From Octopus vulgaris (lineage: Eukaryota): 64,000 bases of DNA. Positions 28,866 to 43,895 of this stretch are shown here, piece by piece. The number at the start of each line of letters is the position of its first letter. The first letter of the stretch is position 1. The notes under the pieces were generated by a model. It worked only from the letters and a program-made list of their open reading frames with translations. It did no database searches and was not told where the DNA came from. The position numbers were made by a program, and so were the translations under genes. The stretch is from contig OX597836.1 of the NCBI GenBank assembly GCA_951406725.2, positions 8,804,001 through 8,868,000 on the forward strand, in the 5' to 3' direction.

Positions 28866-29192
28866 GGTGTTTTATGAGGAGAAGGGTAAAAGGATAAGTT
28901 GAACTCAGAACTCATAGCCGAAACAAATGTTATCGGAAGTGTTAGAGTGTGCTTAAACGCGCGCGTATGTGTACGCGAGCCCGTGTATGTGCTCATTTAG
29001 TCCTTTCCTTGTTCCTGTCATTTGACTGCGGCCATACTAGAGCATCGCCTTGAAAGATTTTAGTCAAACAAATCGACCCCAAGACTGATTTTTAAAGCCT
29101 AGGATATTATTTACATTATTTACATTTGACGGATATTTGACGGATATACCCTCCAGCATTCATCGGGTGTCTTGAGGAAATTTTGAACCACG

Positions 29193-29264
29193 AGCATATG
29201 GCGTAGTTGTTGAGAGCGCGGGCTACTAATCCCAAGATTCCGAGTTCGATTCCAAGCAGTGACC
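29193..29264 (+). promoter_or_regulatory. tRNA-like segment with Pol III A and B boxes
   Basis: TGGCGTAGTTG (A-box-like), GCGGG-CTACTAA-TCCCA arm, GAGTTCGATTCC (B box). Confidence 0.7.
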
Positions 29265-29276
29265 TGAAAAAAAAAA

Positions 29277-29359
<83 letters not shown>

Positions 29360-29426
29360 TAACAGCAACAACAACAACATCGAAAAATAGCTTAGGAATG
29401 AGAATACAGGTTCGAAATTTCCCCAA

Positions 29427-29472
29427 GATACCTGATGAAGGCTGGAGGGTATGTCAGCCGAAACGTTGTGTT
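29427..29472 (+). ncRNA. Minimal type I hammerhead ribozyme
   Basis: GATAC-CTGATGA-a-GGCTG gagggtatgt CAGCC-GAAAC-GTT-GTGTT; AACGTT palindrome. Confidence 0.8.
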
Positions 29473-30649
29473 AGCAACAAACAAGATGAGGACAAATATC
29501 CATTGAATGTAAATAATGTAAATGATATCCTAAGAGATTACTGAAGTTATCAATGCAAGAACTGTAGTAAACGCCGATTGGAATGGCATGAATGTCACCA
29601 CTTCTGGCCATTTATTTGTCTTCTGGCATCGTTCATTCCGTTTCCATGGAAACAATCGTAACAACGACAAAAAACTGTTAATTATGTTTCAGCCTTTGAA
29701 TTGCGACCATACTGGTGCACCGCCTTAAAGGATTTGAGTAAAAAAAATCGCCCTCATTGCTTAAGGGTTTCTTTTTAATCTGGTACTTATTCTATTCGAG
29801 TCTTTTTGCCGATCAGCTAATTTATGGGGACGTAAACAAACTAACATCGTTCGTCAAGCAATGGCAATGGAGGCTTTGTTATTATTCGAATGAATTTGTT
29901 ACATTGCGTTCAGAGTTAAACCGACATAAAAAGCCATTACTGCAAATGTCCATATAAATCAAAACAATCATTGAACTGAGATCACGTGATCACACACGTG
30001 ATCGAATCGACTCTTGAGGAACAACAGCGAGAGAGAAAGATTTATAAAATGAAAAGAAAAACAACAACGATAAAATAAAGTATAATGAAATAAAATAGAA
30101 AATTATCGTGATGGTCAGTTGGCACCATTAAATATTATTGCTGGTTAACGAAACTACTGGTCAGATAGACTGCAAATGACCAAGTCACACCACACAAAAT
30201 GTACAGACAAAATGGACGACTTTGTTAAATAACAAGTTTTACACATTGTAAATGTGAGTATAGGTGGGCGGATTGCAAGGTGAGAATCGAAATGTGTGAA
30301 CTGAAAGGAAACAGATGAAAATTTACTTGGCGAATTGTGAAACAGATTTGTAGAACGAAAAACAATCACAACAAAACCAGAATCGTTCAAAATTACTTCA
30401 ACGCAAAACGAAAATTTGGGGAACGTGCGAAAGTCTTGTGTAATGGTGGAAACAAAATCAAAAATTCGATATTTTCATTGCCGGTGGTAGGAGATGCGGC
30501 GCAACTAGCTGGTTAGCTAGCTAATGGCTATATTCTATGTTGTTGGAGATTTATGTGGTGACTGAATGCGCTAAAAGGAACACTTGGGTGAATACGAGCG
30601 GAATGGAATTCAGACACGACAGACATATATATATATATATATACATACA

Positions 30650-30796
<147 letters not shown>

Positions 30797-30948
30797 ATGT
30801 ATATACATACATACAAATATATATGTATGTATGTATGTATATATATATATATGTGTATATATTGCCTGCACGAAGCAGAAAACGTGTTTATTTCTATATT
30901 GGACGAGATAATAAGAGAGCAGAAAAACAATACATAGATACACATGCG

Positions 30949-30984
<36 letters not shown>

Positions 30985-31024
30985 AATATACATACATATA
31001 AACATACTTACGTACGTACATCGT

Positions 31025-31078
<54 letters not shown>

Positions 31079-31219
31079 GTAGTTGGATTGCACACCAGAT
31101 ACCTGTTGCTCTGGTGTGCACTTGTTATCGGTTCAAGTGTAAATGGTTTTGCGTGTAAAATTTGAATTAGAAAAAGAATCTTCCTGTAGTGATTATCCAA
31201 AAGAAAATGAATATTGAAA

Positions 31220-31266
<47 letters not shown>

Positions 31267-31310
31267 ACAAATAAGATATTAAAAAATCATCACTGCCACC
31301 ATTATTATTA

Positions 31311-31341
<31 letters not shown>

Positions 31342-31363
31342 TATCATTATTATTATTATTATT

Positions 31364-31912
31364 GAGTGAGAGAGCAGTGCATGCCATCAAAGTGACACTG
31401 GGGTAAAATATACGAAGCCCAGTATACCCATCATGACTACCCGTCTGATAAGGGTACACCAGGCACATGCATCACAACTATATGTGCGCGACATGGTGAT
31501 TTCATATCAAGATAAACAGCGCATGACCTTGCAGGGGGGGCCCAGTTAGAATTTTCTTCAGGTTGAGTAGCCCATCCCGCTCAAAAGGTCCCTGAATAAG
31601 GGTTGTTTAAGGATGTTGAAAGAACCACCCATGTTTCCAGAGGTGAATTATTCAAACCCCAAAGAATCCCTCTCAACACATGGCTATGATGCTCCCCAAC
31701 TACTTCTGCTCGTGATCAGAGATGCACATATCGTCAGCCACTAAGGGACATGCTCAACTGGTTAAGGTCAAACGACTGACAAGCAAATCTGTTGTATTGA
31801 GCAGAATATTTGCTGTAGCCCATCTTTTATACCAAGACAAAACAATGTACATGATAACACTTCCAATCAGTTATGATCAGAAGCCACGAGAGCCACTGCC
31901 TGGTACTGCATC
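31364..31912 (-). mobile_element. Retroposon 3' portion inserted in (TAA)n
   Basis: Flanked on both sides by TTA repeats; same terminus as 32067-32147. Confidence 0.75.
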
Positions 31913-31935
31913 TACTATTATTATTATTATTATTA

Positions 31936-32258
<323 letters not shown>

Positions 32259-32378
32259 CATCATCATCATAATCATCATCATCATCATCATCATCATTAT
32301 TATTATTGTTTTTGGTCTATGAAATAAATGATTACTATTATAATCAACATCATGATCACGATCATGACCAACATCATC

Positions 32379-32412
<34 letters not shown>

Positions 32413-32647
32413 TCATCACCGCCATAATCAGTATTGTGAGAGTAATAGTGGTGGTGGTAGTGGCGGTGGTGGTTGTAGTAGTAGTAGTAGTAGAATCTGC
32501 ATCATCGGACATCAAACTGTAAGATGTTCCACATTCCCCTCTAGGGACACAACAACAAACTTTAATGGGGCCAGAGTTTCTGGAAACATCTTTCTCATTC
32601 CTCTTTATTGGTTTGTTCAGATTAAGACCCTCATTTCTTCCCTCTTT

Positions 32648-32698
<51 letters not shown>

Positions 32699-32960
32699 CT
32701 ATGCCTCTCTCCTTTTCTCTCTTCCTTCCTCCTACTCTCTTATATATATATATGTGTGTGTATGTGCGTGCGCGCGCGCGCGAGTGTGTGTGTCTATACA
32801 CACATATATACATGCAGAAGCATACCTATATTCATATACACACACATACCTATACACATACACTTAAGCATACGCATGTGTGGGTGTGTATGCATGTATA
32901 TATATATATTGTGATTAATAATAGATTCTCGTATATTCCATGTTCCGCCATTCATTTACC

Positions 32961-33016
<56 letters not shown>

Positions 33017-33052
33017 TAAATTGTTGTATTTGTGTTTAAATATATCAATTAC

Positions 33053-33141
<89 letters not shown>

Positions 33142-33239
33142 CAAACACACACAGAGACACACAGATAGATAAATAGATAGATACAGTTTCTGTTTCGATA
33201 GCCAACTCATCTATATAACTGTTTTAATCTGGGGAAACA

Positions 33240-33874
33240 TTTAAATATGCATATACGAAGTCTATATCAGCCGCACACAAGTTTACGATTGGTTCAGACG
33301 TTTCCAAGATGGCCAACAAAAAGTCGATATTGACGAATATTCTGGGAGACCCGCAACCAGCAGGCCTGAGAAAAACATTGCGGATAAGCGTATAACTGTG
33401 AGGGGACGTGAGTTATCAAAGGATGTACAGATTAGTTACTGTTCAGTTCAGTCCATTATCACTGAAGATTTGGGTATGAGACACGTGTCTGCCAAGTTTG
33501 TATCAAAACTGCTTTCAGCTGACCTAAAATACACTCGGGTTTCAGTTGCACAAGATCTCCTTCATTGTGTCGAGAACGACGAAAAATTTTTGAAAACTTT
33601 GCATCGGCCCCTGAGCAAGTATCGCCAAGCTTTTGGCGAAAATTTTATGCAAATTCTCTGCTCAACTTTCTCTTTCGCGGTCAATGCGACAATCACACGC
33701 TACACACTTTCCTTCCGAGTACTGCAGTAAATAGCGGAATTAAGCTAGAACGTTAAAGCCTTGTGGACGTACACGGAATACTTCAAGGTCAATCTGTTCC
33801 CAGCGGCTTTATTCTGCGTGCTTTAACTTCGTTACTATGGCAACAGTCCGGATGCTTGTTGATCATGCCACGTA
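33240..33874 (+). mobile_element. Mariner relic (HTH region of transposase, internally deleted)
   Basis: SRTQVYDWFRRFQDG...SGRPATS and ISYCSVQSIITEDLGMRHVSAKFVSKLL; TIR-like end at ~33845-33874. Confidence 0.85.
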
Positions 33875-33999
33875 TGTATATATTGGCGTAGGAATAGCTA
33901 TGTGGTTAAGAAAATCATTTATATATACATGTATAGATATCTACATGTATACATAAATAGCGTTGTGTGTGTGTTTGCGTGTTTTGTACTTTGTACGTA

Positions 34000-34405
34000 T
34001 GTATGTGCATACATACATGTATGTAAGTATATCTACATGTATGTAAGTGTATATATACATGTATGTAAGTGCATATATACATGTAAGTGTATGTATACAT
34101 GTATGTGAGTGTATATATACATGTAAATGTATGTATTCATGTATGTAAATGTATACACAGATGTATGTAAGTGTATGTATACATGCATGTAAGTGTAGGT
34201 ATACATGCATGTAAGTGTATGTATACATGTATGCAAGTGTATGTATACATGTATCGAAGTGTATGTATACATGTATGTAAGTATATATACAGATGTATGT
34301 AAGTGTATATGTACATGTATGTAAGTGTATATAATACATGTAAGTGTATGTATACATGTATGTAAGTGTATGTATACATGTAAGTAAGTGTATGTATACA
34401 TGCAT
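34000..34405. repeat. ~22 bp minisatellite (TATACATGTATGTAAGTGTATG)
   Basis: Direct reading. Confidence 0.85.
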
Positions 34406-34425
34406 GTTAGAAGCTGTGCAAAGGC

Positions 34426-34527
<102 letters not shown>

Positions 34528-34529
34528 CT

Positions 34530-34730
34530 TTTCTTCTATAAGTACAAGGGGCTTGAACTTTTAGAGTAAGAAGCTAGTTGATCCATCGGTTCTGGGTTCT
34601 AGTAATTAAGTGATGCATCATTTAATGATCTGCTACGAAAGGATGAAAAGCAAAACCGACTTCAGCGGATATTGAACTCGAACACAAAGACGGACGAATC
34701 GCCGCTAAGCATTTTATCCGACATGCTAAT
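34530..34730 (-). mobile_element. SINE family B, degraded, with long (ATT)n tail
   Basis: aaaggatgaaaagcaaaaccgac...gaactc core. Confidence 0.7.
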
Positions 34731-35168
34731 GAGAATGACGACAGGAACAACAACAACAGCAACAACGCTGAGAAGACTGAGGATTGGAATGTCAGTAAAA
34801 GATTATGAAATAGTATAATACATGATGAGGACGATGATGATGATGATGATGATGATGATGGCGGTGGCAGTGGTAGTAGTGGGGATGATGGCGGTGTTGT
34901 TGTTGGCGACGATGTTAATGAAAAAACAAAGAAGACGAAGAGGTGGAGGGGGTGGGGTGGAGGAAGAAGAAAAAGAAGAAGACAGCAAGGTCGTTAAAAA
35001 TAAAACATTTGACACCCCTCCATTAACTAAACGTCGCAACTCCGCTCCCAATCACCACCCCCACCCTCAACGCCTTTTACCCCCTCCCCCCAATACACAG
35101 ACACGTTCACACACTCACACACACATACGCGCACACACATATACACGTATATATATGTATATATATAT

Positions 35169-35236
<68 letters not shown>

Positions 35237-35279
35237 GTATGTATGTATGTGTGTGTATATATATATATAAATATATAAA

Positions 35280-35354
<75 letters not shown>

Positions 35355-35367
35355 ATATATAAATATG

Positions 35368-35400
<33 letters not shown>

Positions 35401-35422
35401 ATATATATATAAATAATATATG

Positions 35423-35456
<34 letters not shown>

Positions 35457-35915
35457 AGTGTACATATATGTATGTATGTATGTATGTATGTACGTATGTA
35501 TGTATGTATGTATGTATGTATGTATGTATGTATGTATGTATGTATGTATGTATGTATGTATGTATGTATGTATGTATGTATGTATGTATGTATGTATGCA
35601 TGTATGTGTGTACGTATATATAAGCCTTTTCGCTCCCACCTTCTTTAAAGAAATTAAATCTCACAAAAACTATATTACAAGGAAAAAATAGCAACAACTG
35701 TGTTGTTTGCTAAAACATTGAAACTATTTGTCTCGCTACATTTACATTAAAAGCAATATTTTTGTGGCGGACATTTTGCAATTGTAAAAAGCCGGAAAGA
35801 GTTAACTGGGTCTTGTTTTGTTTTTGCTTTTTTGTTGTTGTTATAAGATTGCATATTTTCTAATTCTATTCTCTTTCTTCTCTTTGTCATTATCTAACAC
35901 ACACACACAATATAC

Positions 35916-35967
<52 letters not shown>

Positions 35968-36168
35968 GTAAATATATTTATATGTATAATTATATATGTG
36001 TGTGTGTATGTATATATGTACGTATATATGCATACTTATATATTTATGTATGTACGTGTGAATGTGAGTGAGTGTATGCATATATGTGTGTATATGTGTG
36101 CATGTGTCTGTGAGAGTAATTGTGAGTGACTATATGCATACATGATTGCACGCATATATACATACATA

Positions 36169-36199
<31 letters not shown>

Positions 36200-36202
36200 G
36201 TG

Positions 36203-36249
<47 letters not shown>

Positions 36250-36280
36250 TGTGATACATATAGATAGATAGATAGATAGA

Positions 36281-36313
<33 letters not shown>

Positions 36314-36497
36314 CAACAGCAACTGTGATGATGAGGCCGACGACCGGCGACATCACTTCGAAGTCAATGTCACTATTTTTTCCTTTGAGAGTTTAAACTT
36401 TATACTCTATATCAATATATCGAGTGCTTAAATTAAAGTTTCATTGGCTTCGTGTATGTTTATTCATAAAAGCTATATACATCAATATATATGTGTA

Positions 36498-36533
<36 letters not shown>

Positions 36534-36576
36534 AGTGTGTGTGTGCGCGCGCGCGTCTGTGTGTGTGTGAGAGAGA

Positions 36577-36790
36577 AGCCGACGAGCTGGCAGAAACGTT
36601 AGCGTGCCGGGAGAGATGCTTAGCAGTATTCTTTACATCTGAGTTCAAATTCCACCGAGGACGACCTATGCCTTTCATACTCTGAACCGCTAAGAGTGGG
36701 AGATGTAAACAAAGCGACACCGGTCGTCAATTCGTTGTTGATTGGGGTAATAAGCACATAAACAAAGATACAAACAGACATATATGTATG
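36577..36790. mobile_element. SINE B head (plus) joined to a SINE A internal fragment (minus)
   Basis: gacgagctggcagaaacgttagc...gcctttcat followed by gaaccgctaag. Confidence 0.7.
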
Positions 36791-37612
36791 TATACATGTA
36801 TACACGTGCGTGTGTGGCACATATGTATTTATAAATATATTCTATATATTTACTAGTTTAGCTATGTACGTATGCATGTGTATGTATATATATATATATA
36901 TGTAAGAACATGTAATGAACTTTATTAGCTTAAAGCTGTTTCTGCTACAGGCATGCAGAGCAGCCGTAGGTCAATGCATGAACATCACCTTATAGCTTCA
37001 CTGGATCCTCAAAAAGGGAAGTGAGTGAGAGAGAGAGAGAGACAGACAGAGAGAGAGACAGTGAGAGAAAAAGGGAGAGAGAGAGAGAGAGAAAGGGAGA
37101 GAGAGAAAGGGAGAGAGAGATTGTGACGATAGATAGATAACTATTTACGTATATTGCATATGTTTGAAAAGCTTCATTCTCGAAAAATTTTAAGCAACAG
37201 CAAACTATTAGATCCGAGATATCTGATAAATGCCTCACCCTCCACAAGCACAACTGTTCTGTACTTAAGTACTCAACCTACATTACGTACATTACATATA
37301 TTTTATAGCTTTTTTTCATTCTCATATTTTATATTCCTAACGACCCGACTCAAATATTTCGAACCGAACACTATTAATGCGTCGGTTAAAAACTTTTTAA
37401 CCTCAACCACGTTGCCGGCATCGCCACATATTCACAACTTACACTTCGTGGATAGACGTGTAATTGGTCGTTTGTCCTTTCGTGATTGATTAGTATTTAT
37501 AAGGTGCGAAAGTTGAAGTTACGATGTATTGAGTTTAAAGAACTACACACACACAAACATATACGTACATACAGACATATATGTATGCATATATGCATGG
37601 GTATGTAAGCAA

Positions 37613-37659
<47 letters not shown>

Positions 37660-37696
37660 CAAATTTGTATGTGCACATATATCTACATGCGTATAC

Positions 37697-37781
<85 letters not shown>

Positions 37782-37853
37782 GATACAGATATATATATAC
37801 ATGTATATATGTACGTATGCATATATATATATGTATGTATATTTATATATATG

Positions 37854-37902
<49 letters not shown>

Positions 37903-37937
37903 ATATATATATATATGTACATATATATATATGTATG

Positions 37938-37979
<42 letters not shown>

Positions 37980-38157
37980 CTGCAAAACTACATAAGTTAT
38001 TCAAGAGCCGTGAATTTCGTTCATAGTACTTACCAGGCATACAGACACACACACATACATATATACAATGTATATAGATATACATATATATATTATAATA
38101 TATATGTATATACATATAGGTATATCTATATGTATATATATATGTCTGTGTGTGTGT

Positions 38158-38230
<73 letters not shown>

Positions 38231-38934
38231 GGTGCGTGTATACGTATGCGTGCGAGTCGGGGAGCTGGTCTTTTTTTTCTTTTTCCTTCCCTAACATAAC
38301 ATCACATGGTTATGATATAATTGTAAATACGGCGAGAAATGTGTTCCGTTCTGCAAACAGTTGTCACCTTGCAGTTACGAGAGAGAGAAAGAAGGAAGGA
38401 GAGTGAGATGAATAAAGAGAGGATGACAAGAGAATCGGGGGGGGGGACAGAGAGGGGGGAGTTAGATATATGGAGGCAGTGAGAGAGAGAGAGGTGGGGA
38501 GAGAGGCATGAGATGTGTAAAGGGGGCGAGTTTAGCTGCGAAAGAAAACGTAGATTTGCTGTCTTCCATAAGTACAAGCTCGGTTGAAGGGAAAACAAGC
38601 GTTTTGTCCTAACAACTTAAAGTGTCTGTCATTGTTTTATGTACGGATATGTACAGACACAGACAGACAGACGGACGGTCAGACAGACATATGCACAGAT
38701 GTATATATACACACACACATATCTCTGTGTGTGTGCGCGCATATACACAAATACATATATATATATATATATATTGATATTTAGCAGAGGTAGCCGAGTG
38801 ACTCAAGGTCCGATAGTTTCGTGCGTTGGCACTTATCAAAGTGCTGACCTATACACATACACACACATATGTGTTTGCATACGCATAAAGATGTGTGTGT
38901 TTGTATATATGTATATGTGTGTGTGTGGGTGTGT

Positions 38935-38993
<59 letters not shown>

Positions 38994-39115
38994 ATATTAA
39001 TTAGAGACAAAACCACTATTATGCAAATCAAACAAAGAAAGACTTAATCCAATACATAAAAATTTTATATAAATTAAATAAAATATGAATGTATGTATGT
39101 ATGTATGTATGTATG

Positions 39116-39174
<59 letters not shown>

Positions 39175-39184
39175 GGAGATAGAG

Positions 39185-39251
<67 letters not shown>

Positions 39252-40024
39252 CAAACAGACAGATAGATGGGTAGAAAGCATGTTTTACAATGATTCGACA
39301 TCATTGTAACATATATTCTTATAGTGCATATGCATAAGTATACATGTGGTAACCATGTTGGAAGTACGCGGCCAATACATGCAACTTGAAGGTTGAACGC
39401 CAGCAGTGAAAAATGTAAAATATTGCTGTAAGATGAAATGCAATGGTGTTAAAAGAACGTGCATTTATAAAGCAATGAAAAATTACTGCCAACAAACCTA
39501 AATGTGTGTGTCTGTGCACTTCGATGCATTTTAAACACAGTTTTCGTTACTAAACACAATATCATCGTAAATACCGTTATCCTATTTACGTTGTTTTTTG
39601 GTGTAGTGAAATCTAAGTCCAACTCATTCACATTATTGTCGCTTTTGACGCAAACCAAACAAAAGAAGTATATTGTTTGTTTATATATACCATGCAGTTA
39701 TATAATCAAATATTGTTACATACAAAATTGAAGTGAATCGAGGGAAGCCGATATGTAGTCTTTTAATAGCAATGTAATCTTAGTATTTTATACCTCGTTC
39801 AGAGATTTATTAAATCTTAGTATTATTTACGTTTAAAAGAAGAATACTAAAAGTATATTTACCTTTGTTAAAGCAATAAAATATTAATTCTTAGTAGAAC
39901 GACAACAAAATATGCAGTAGTTGAAAATGTAAAATTTAAAGCAGATAACTATGACACATTTCAAAGATGTCATTAACAGAACGTACATTGAATATTAAAA
40001 AAATTATGATGAATGAATGAAGAA

Positions 40025-40232
40025 TATTCTTTTCTACTCTATGCACAAGGCCTGAAATTTTAGGAAAGGAAGGGGCGGTCGATCAGATTGACCCCAGAAC
40101 GCAACTGGTACTTAATTTATCGACCACGAAAGGGTGAAAGGTAAAGTCGACCTCGGTGGAATTTAAACTCAGAATGTAGCAATGGACGAAATACCTATTT
40201 CTTTACTACCCACAAGGGGCTAAACACAGAGA
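40025..40232 (-). mobile_element. SINE family B, dimer-junction form
   Basis: Core plus the junction AAAGAAATAG|GTATTTCGTC. Confidence 0.8.
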
Positions 40233-40339
40233 GGAGTCTTAGAGTGTTACGCAGTAGAACCGAGCTCGAGCTCGAACTCGGAACAACTTGATTTGCGAAA
40301 CGAACATAGATCGAATAGGATAATGATCTCTCCCGAGTC

Positions 40340-40567
40340 ATAAAGACCCATGGTACCGGTTTTCCGGCTTCCGTGGCGTATATATTCTTCACCTGGATGT
40401 GACGCCAGAATTTCGCAGGATAACTCACTTTTGCCAGCTGAGTAAACTAGAGCAACGTGAAATGAAGTGTTTTGCTCAAGAACACAACGCCAAGCCCGGT
40501 CCAGGAATCGAAACCACAATCTCACGGTCACGAATCCAGCACCCTAACCGCTAAACCACGCGCCTCC
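40340..40567 (-). mobile_element. SINE family C
   Basis: Head GGAGGCGCGTGGTTTAGCGGTTAGGGTG, B box GGTTTCGATTCC. Confidence 0.85.
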
Positions 40568-40837
40568 AAGAAAAAATCTTGTTAATCCCACGACTACGTT
40601 TGCTGCGTTTATTTAAAAGCCAGAGTGAACAGGGCAAGGTTAGAACCCGGGATGCCCAAGTGAGAAATAAAAACTGAAATAAAACACCGACCGAAACTGT
40701 TCTTCTACCAGCACCACCACCACCACCGCCACCGTACCTACCCTCAACCCTCCACCCACCTGTTTTACCGGCTTAAAAGGTATTGCGGTTGATAGAATCG
40801 TTTAAGGTAAGTAAACATGAAACGTGTGTGAGAAAGA

Positions 40838-42650
40838 GTGACAGACAGACAGACAAAGTGACAGACAGACTGACAGACAGATGGACAGAACGACTGGCAG
40901 ACAGGCAGACGGATGTACAGACAGACAAACAAGTAGACAGACAGACAGACAGACAGACAGATACACTGACTGACTGACTGACTGATAGACAGACAGAGGG
41001 AAATATAAATAGACTGACAGACAGGTAGACAGACAGAGAGACAGATGGACAAAATGACTGACAGACAGGCAGACGGGTGTTAGATATAGACAGATAGACA
41101 AGCAGTCAGACAGATAGACACAGACAGATAGACAGGCTGAGAAACAGAGAGAGAGATAAACAGATGAGCAGAACAGCTGACAGACAGGCAGACGGGTGTA
41201 TATATAGACAGATAGACATAGACAGTCAGACAGACAGGATGTGAGACAGAGATATAAACAGTCAGACAGGCAGACTGACTGATAGACAGACAGACAGACA
41301 GACAGAGATATATGAACAGACAGTCAGACAGACAGATAGACAGACAGACTGACAGCTTGACAGACAGACAAACAGATAGAAAGACAAACAGACAGATAGA
41401 CAGACAGACTGATTGACTGATAGGTAGAGAGACAAATGGAGACAGATTGACAGGCAGGCAGGCAGACAGACAAACTGAGAGACGGACAGACGGACAGACG
41501 GTCAGACAGACAGACTGACATACAGATGGACCGACAGTCAGGACAGACAGACTGACATACTGACAGACTGACATCCATAACGATAGGTAGACAGACAAAT
41601 GGACACATATTGACAGGCAGGCAGACAGACAGACAGACAGACTGAGAGACGGGCAGACGGGCAAACAGACAGACTGACATCCATACATACGTACATAATG
41701 ATAGACAGACAGACTTTTTGGCAGACGATGAGATATAAAGGCAGACGGCCAGATAGACTTATGACAACCTGTTTTTTGAATGGGATGACGAGAGGAGGGT
41801 GGCGAATGATTAGGAGGTGGGTGGGGGGTGGAGCTTGGGAATGACTGAATGGATGAGAGACGGAACGACATGGGAGAGTAGACAGAGAGTTTGGGAGATT
41901 GAGTCTGAGATCTGTGGTGACTAGAACAAGGAGTCAGTGAGTCGTGAAGGAATTTTGGCAATATGGGAAAGGAATATTGGAGAACGGAGTAGAAATATGG
42001 AATGAATGAATGAAGGAATGAAGGAAAGAAGGAAAGAAGGAAGGAAGGAAGGAAGGAAGGAAGGAAGGGAGGGAGGAAGGAAAGAAGGAAGGAAGGAAGG
42101 AAGGAAGGAAGGAAGGAAGGAAGGGAGGAAGGAAGGAAGGAAGGAAGGAAGGAAGGAAGGAAGGAAGGAAGGAAGGAAAGATGGAAGGAAGGAAGGAAGA
42201 AAAAGATAGACAGAAAGTGAAGTGGAAAGAAGGAGAAAGAAAGAAGGGTAAAAAGAAAGAAAGAAAGAAGGAAGGAAGGAAGGAAGAAATGAAAGAAGGA
42301 ATGGCAGAAGAAAAAGAAAGACAGATAGAAAGTGAGGAGGAAAGAAGGAAAAAGAAAGAAGGGTAGAAAGAAAATAAGAAAGGAATGAATGAATGAATGA
42401 ATGAAGGATGGAAGGAGGGAAGGAAGAAAAATATAGATAGAAAGTGAGGAGGAAAGAAGGAAAAAGAAAGAAAGAAAGAGGGGTAGAAAGAAGGAAGGAA
42501 GGAAGGAAGGAGGCTAGAAAGAAAGAATGGTAGTAAGAAGGAAGGAAAAGGAAGAAAGATAAAAGATACAGGGAAGGAAGGAAGAAAGAAAGAAACAATT
42601 AAAGATAGAACAAGACAAAGAAAGAAAGAAAGAAAGAAAGAAAGAAACAC
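40838..42650. repeat. Degenerate (GACA)n followed by (GGAA)n/(GAAA)n arrays
   Basis: Direct reading. Confidence 0.9.
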
Positions 42651-42654
42651 TACT

Positions 42655-43537
42655 ATGGAATACCATCTGAACTTACCAGGTATTACAGTGTGGTGTGGGA
42701 TGTCAACATTGGGTATCGTTGGACCCCTTTTTTTTGTGACCAAACTGTCAGTGGCCCAGTTTACTTAAACTTACTGATGGAAAATGTCGGTCCACGAATT
42801 GAAGAGATGCTTAGGGACGAGGAGATTGACTTCCAGCAAGATGGAGCCCTTCCTTACGACCATCGTGATGGAAGGGGTTACCTCGATGCCACAAATACAA
42901 AAGAAATGGATTGGGAGGAGAGGTGGCGTTGAATTTCCTGCCCGTTGCCCCAGACCTCACGCCAATGGATTATGAGGAAAAGACAGGATGAAACCAATAA
43001 ACTGTCCACAGTCTGTCTACCCTATGTGAAAGGCCTCTCCGAAAAGATACAAAATATATGCGGCCCATATGCCATCATGACAGTATTCAAGAGTAATATG
43101 ACACTTCGCAAATATCTCCTTCGAGTAAAGCCACCAATAGAAGAGAATATGACCTTTTTAATGGGGACATCTCAAAGATAAGGTTTACGCTGCAAAACCA
43201 GTGACAATTCATGATTTGAAAAATGAAATTCGAATACAATGTCTCGCAATTCCGAATGAAATGCTTGGCAATGTTGTCGAATCCATTGTTGGACGTTTAT
43301 CAGCTTTGTTTGGAAAATGAAGGAAGGCAAGTTTGAACATTTGCGAACACGCAGGAATGAGAGAGAACATTAAAATAATTCTAAATGGCAATAAATAATC
43401 GTTTCTACAACAATTTATTTTCCTGAATTTAATTTAACTTCTTAGGATTGTGTGTATATCAATAAACATCTAGTTGAACACAAAATGCATGAGTACTGGG
43501 AAGTCAAAGAGTGAGTACATCTTTTTGGGACACCCTG

Positions 43538-43539
<2 letters not shown>
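42655..43539 (+). mobile_element. Tc1/mariner relic (catalytic region and right TIR), interrupted by a PLE fragment
   Basis: [42 protein letters not shown]...LKDKVY; ends CTTTTTGGGACACCCTG-TA. Confidence 0.88.
42970..43153 (+). mobile_element. Internal Penelope-like fragment inserted in the transposase
   Basis: MRKRQDETNKLSTVCLPYVKGLSEKIQNIC...; homologous to 44235-44405 (minus). Confidence 0.85.
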
Positions 43540-43608
<69 letters not shown>

Positions 43609-43652
43609 TATTCACTTTTGACGGACATTTGTCCTCATCTTGTTTGTTGTTT

Positions 43653-43700
43653 ACACAACAACGTTTCGGCTGATATACCCTCCAGCCTTCATCGGGTGTC
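43653..43700 (-). ncRNA. Hammerhead motif in the PLE terminal repeat (CCGATGA variant)
   Basis: GACAC-CCGATGA-a-GGCTG gagggtatat CAGCC-GAAAC-GTT-gttGTGT. Confidence 0.7.
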
Positions 43701-43727
43701 TTGGGGGAAATTTCGATGTTATTATTA

Positions 43728-43808
<81 letters not shown>

Positions 43809-43895
43809 TCACTGCCTGGAATCGAACCCAGAATCTTGGGGTTAGTAACCACTACGCCATATGCCCATGGGCAATTATGGAGTGAATTTTAGGGG

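Larger units (their letters stand above)
29106..29524 (+). mobile_element. Stand-alone PLE terminal-repeat unit: inverted 5' copy, tRNA-like head, (AAT)n, hammerhead
   Basis: Matches the 3' region of the PLE at 43606-43870; 29106-29189 is an internally deleted reverse complement of 29409-29524. Confidence 0.85.

Noticed and set aside
29193-29264. Genuine tRNA gene
   Set aside because: Acceptor stem is poorly paired, there is no poly-T terminator, and it is part of a repeat; the same applies to all SINE heads
34000-34405. CRISPR-like periodic repeat
   Set aside because: Tandem minisatellite without unique spacers, in eukaryotic context
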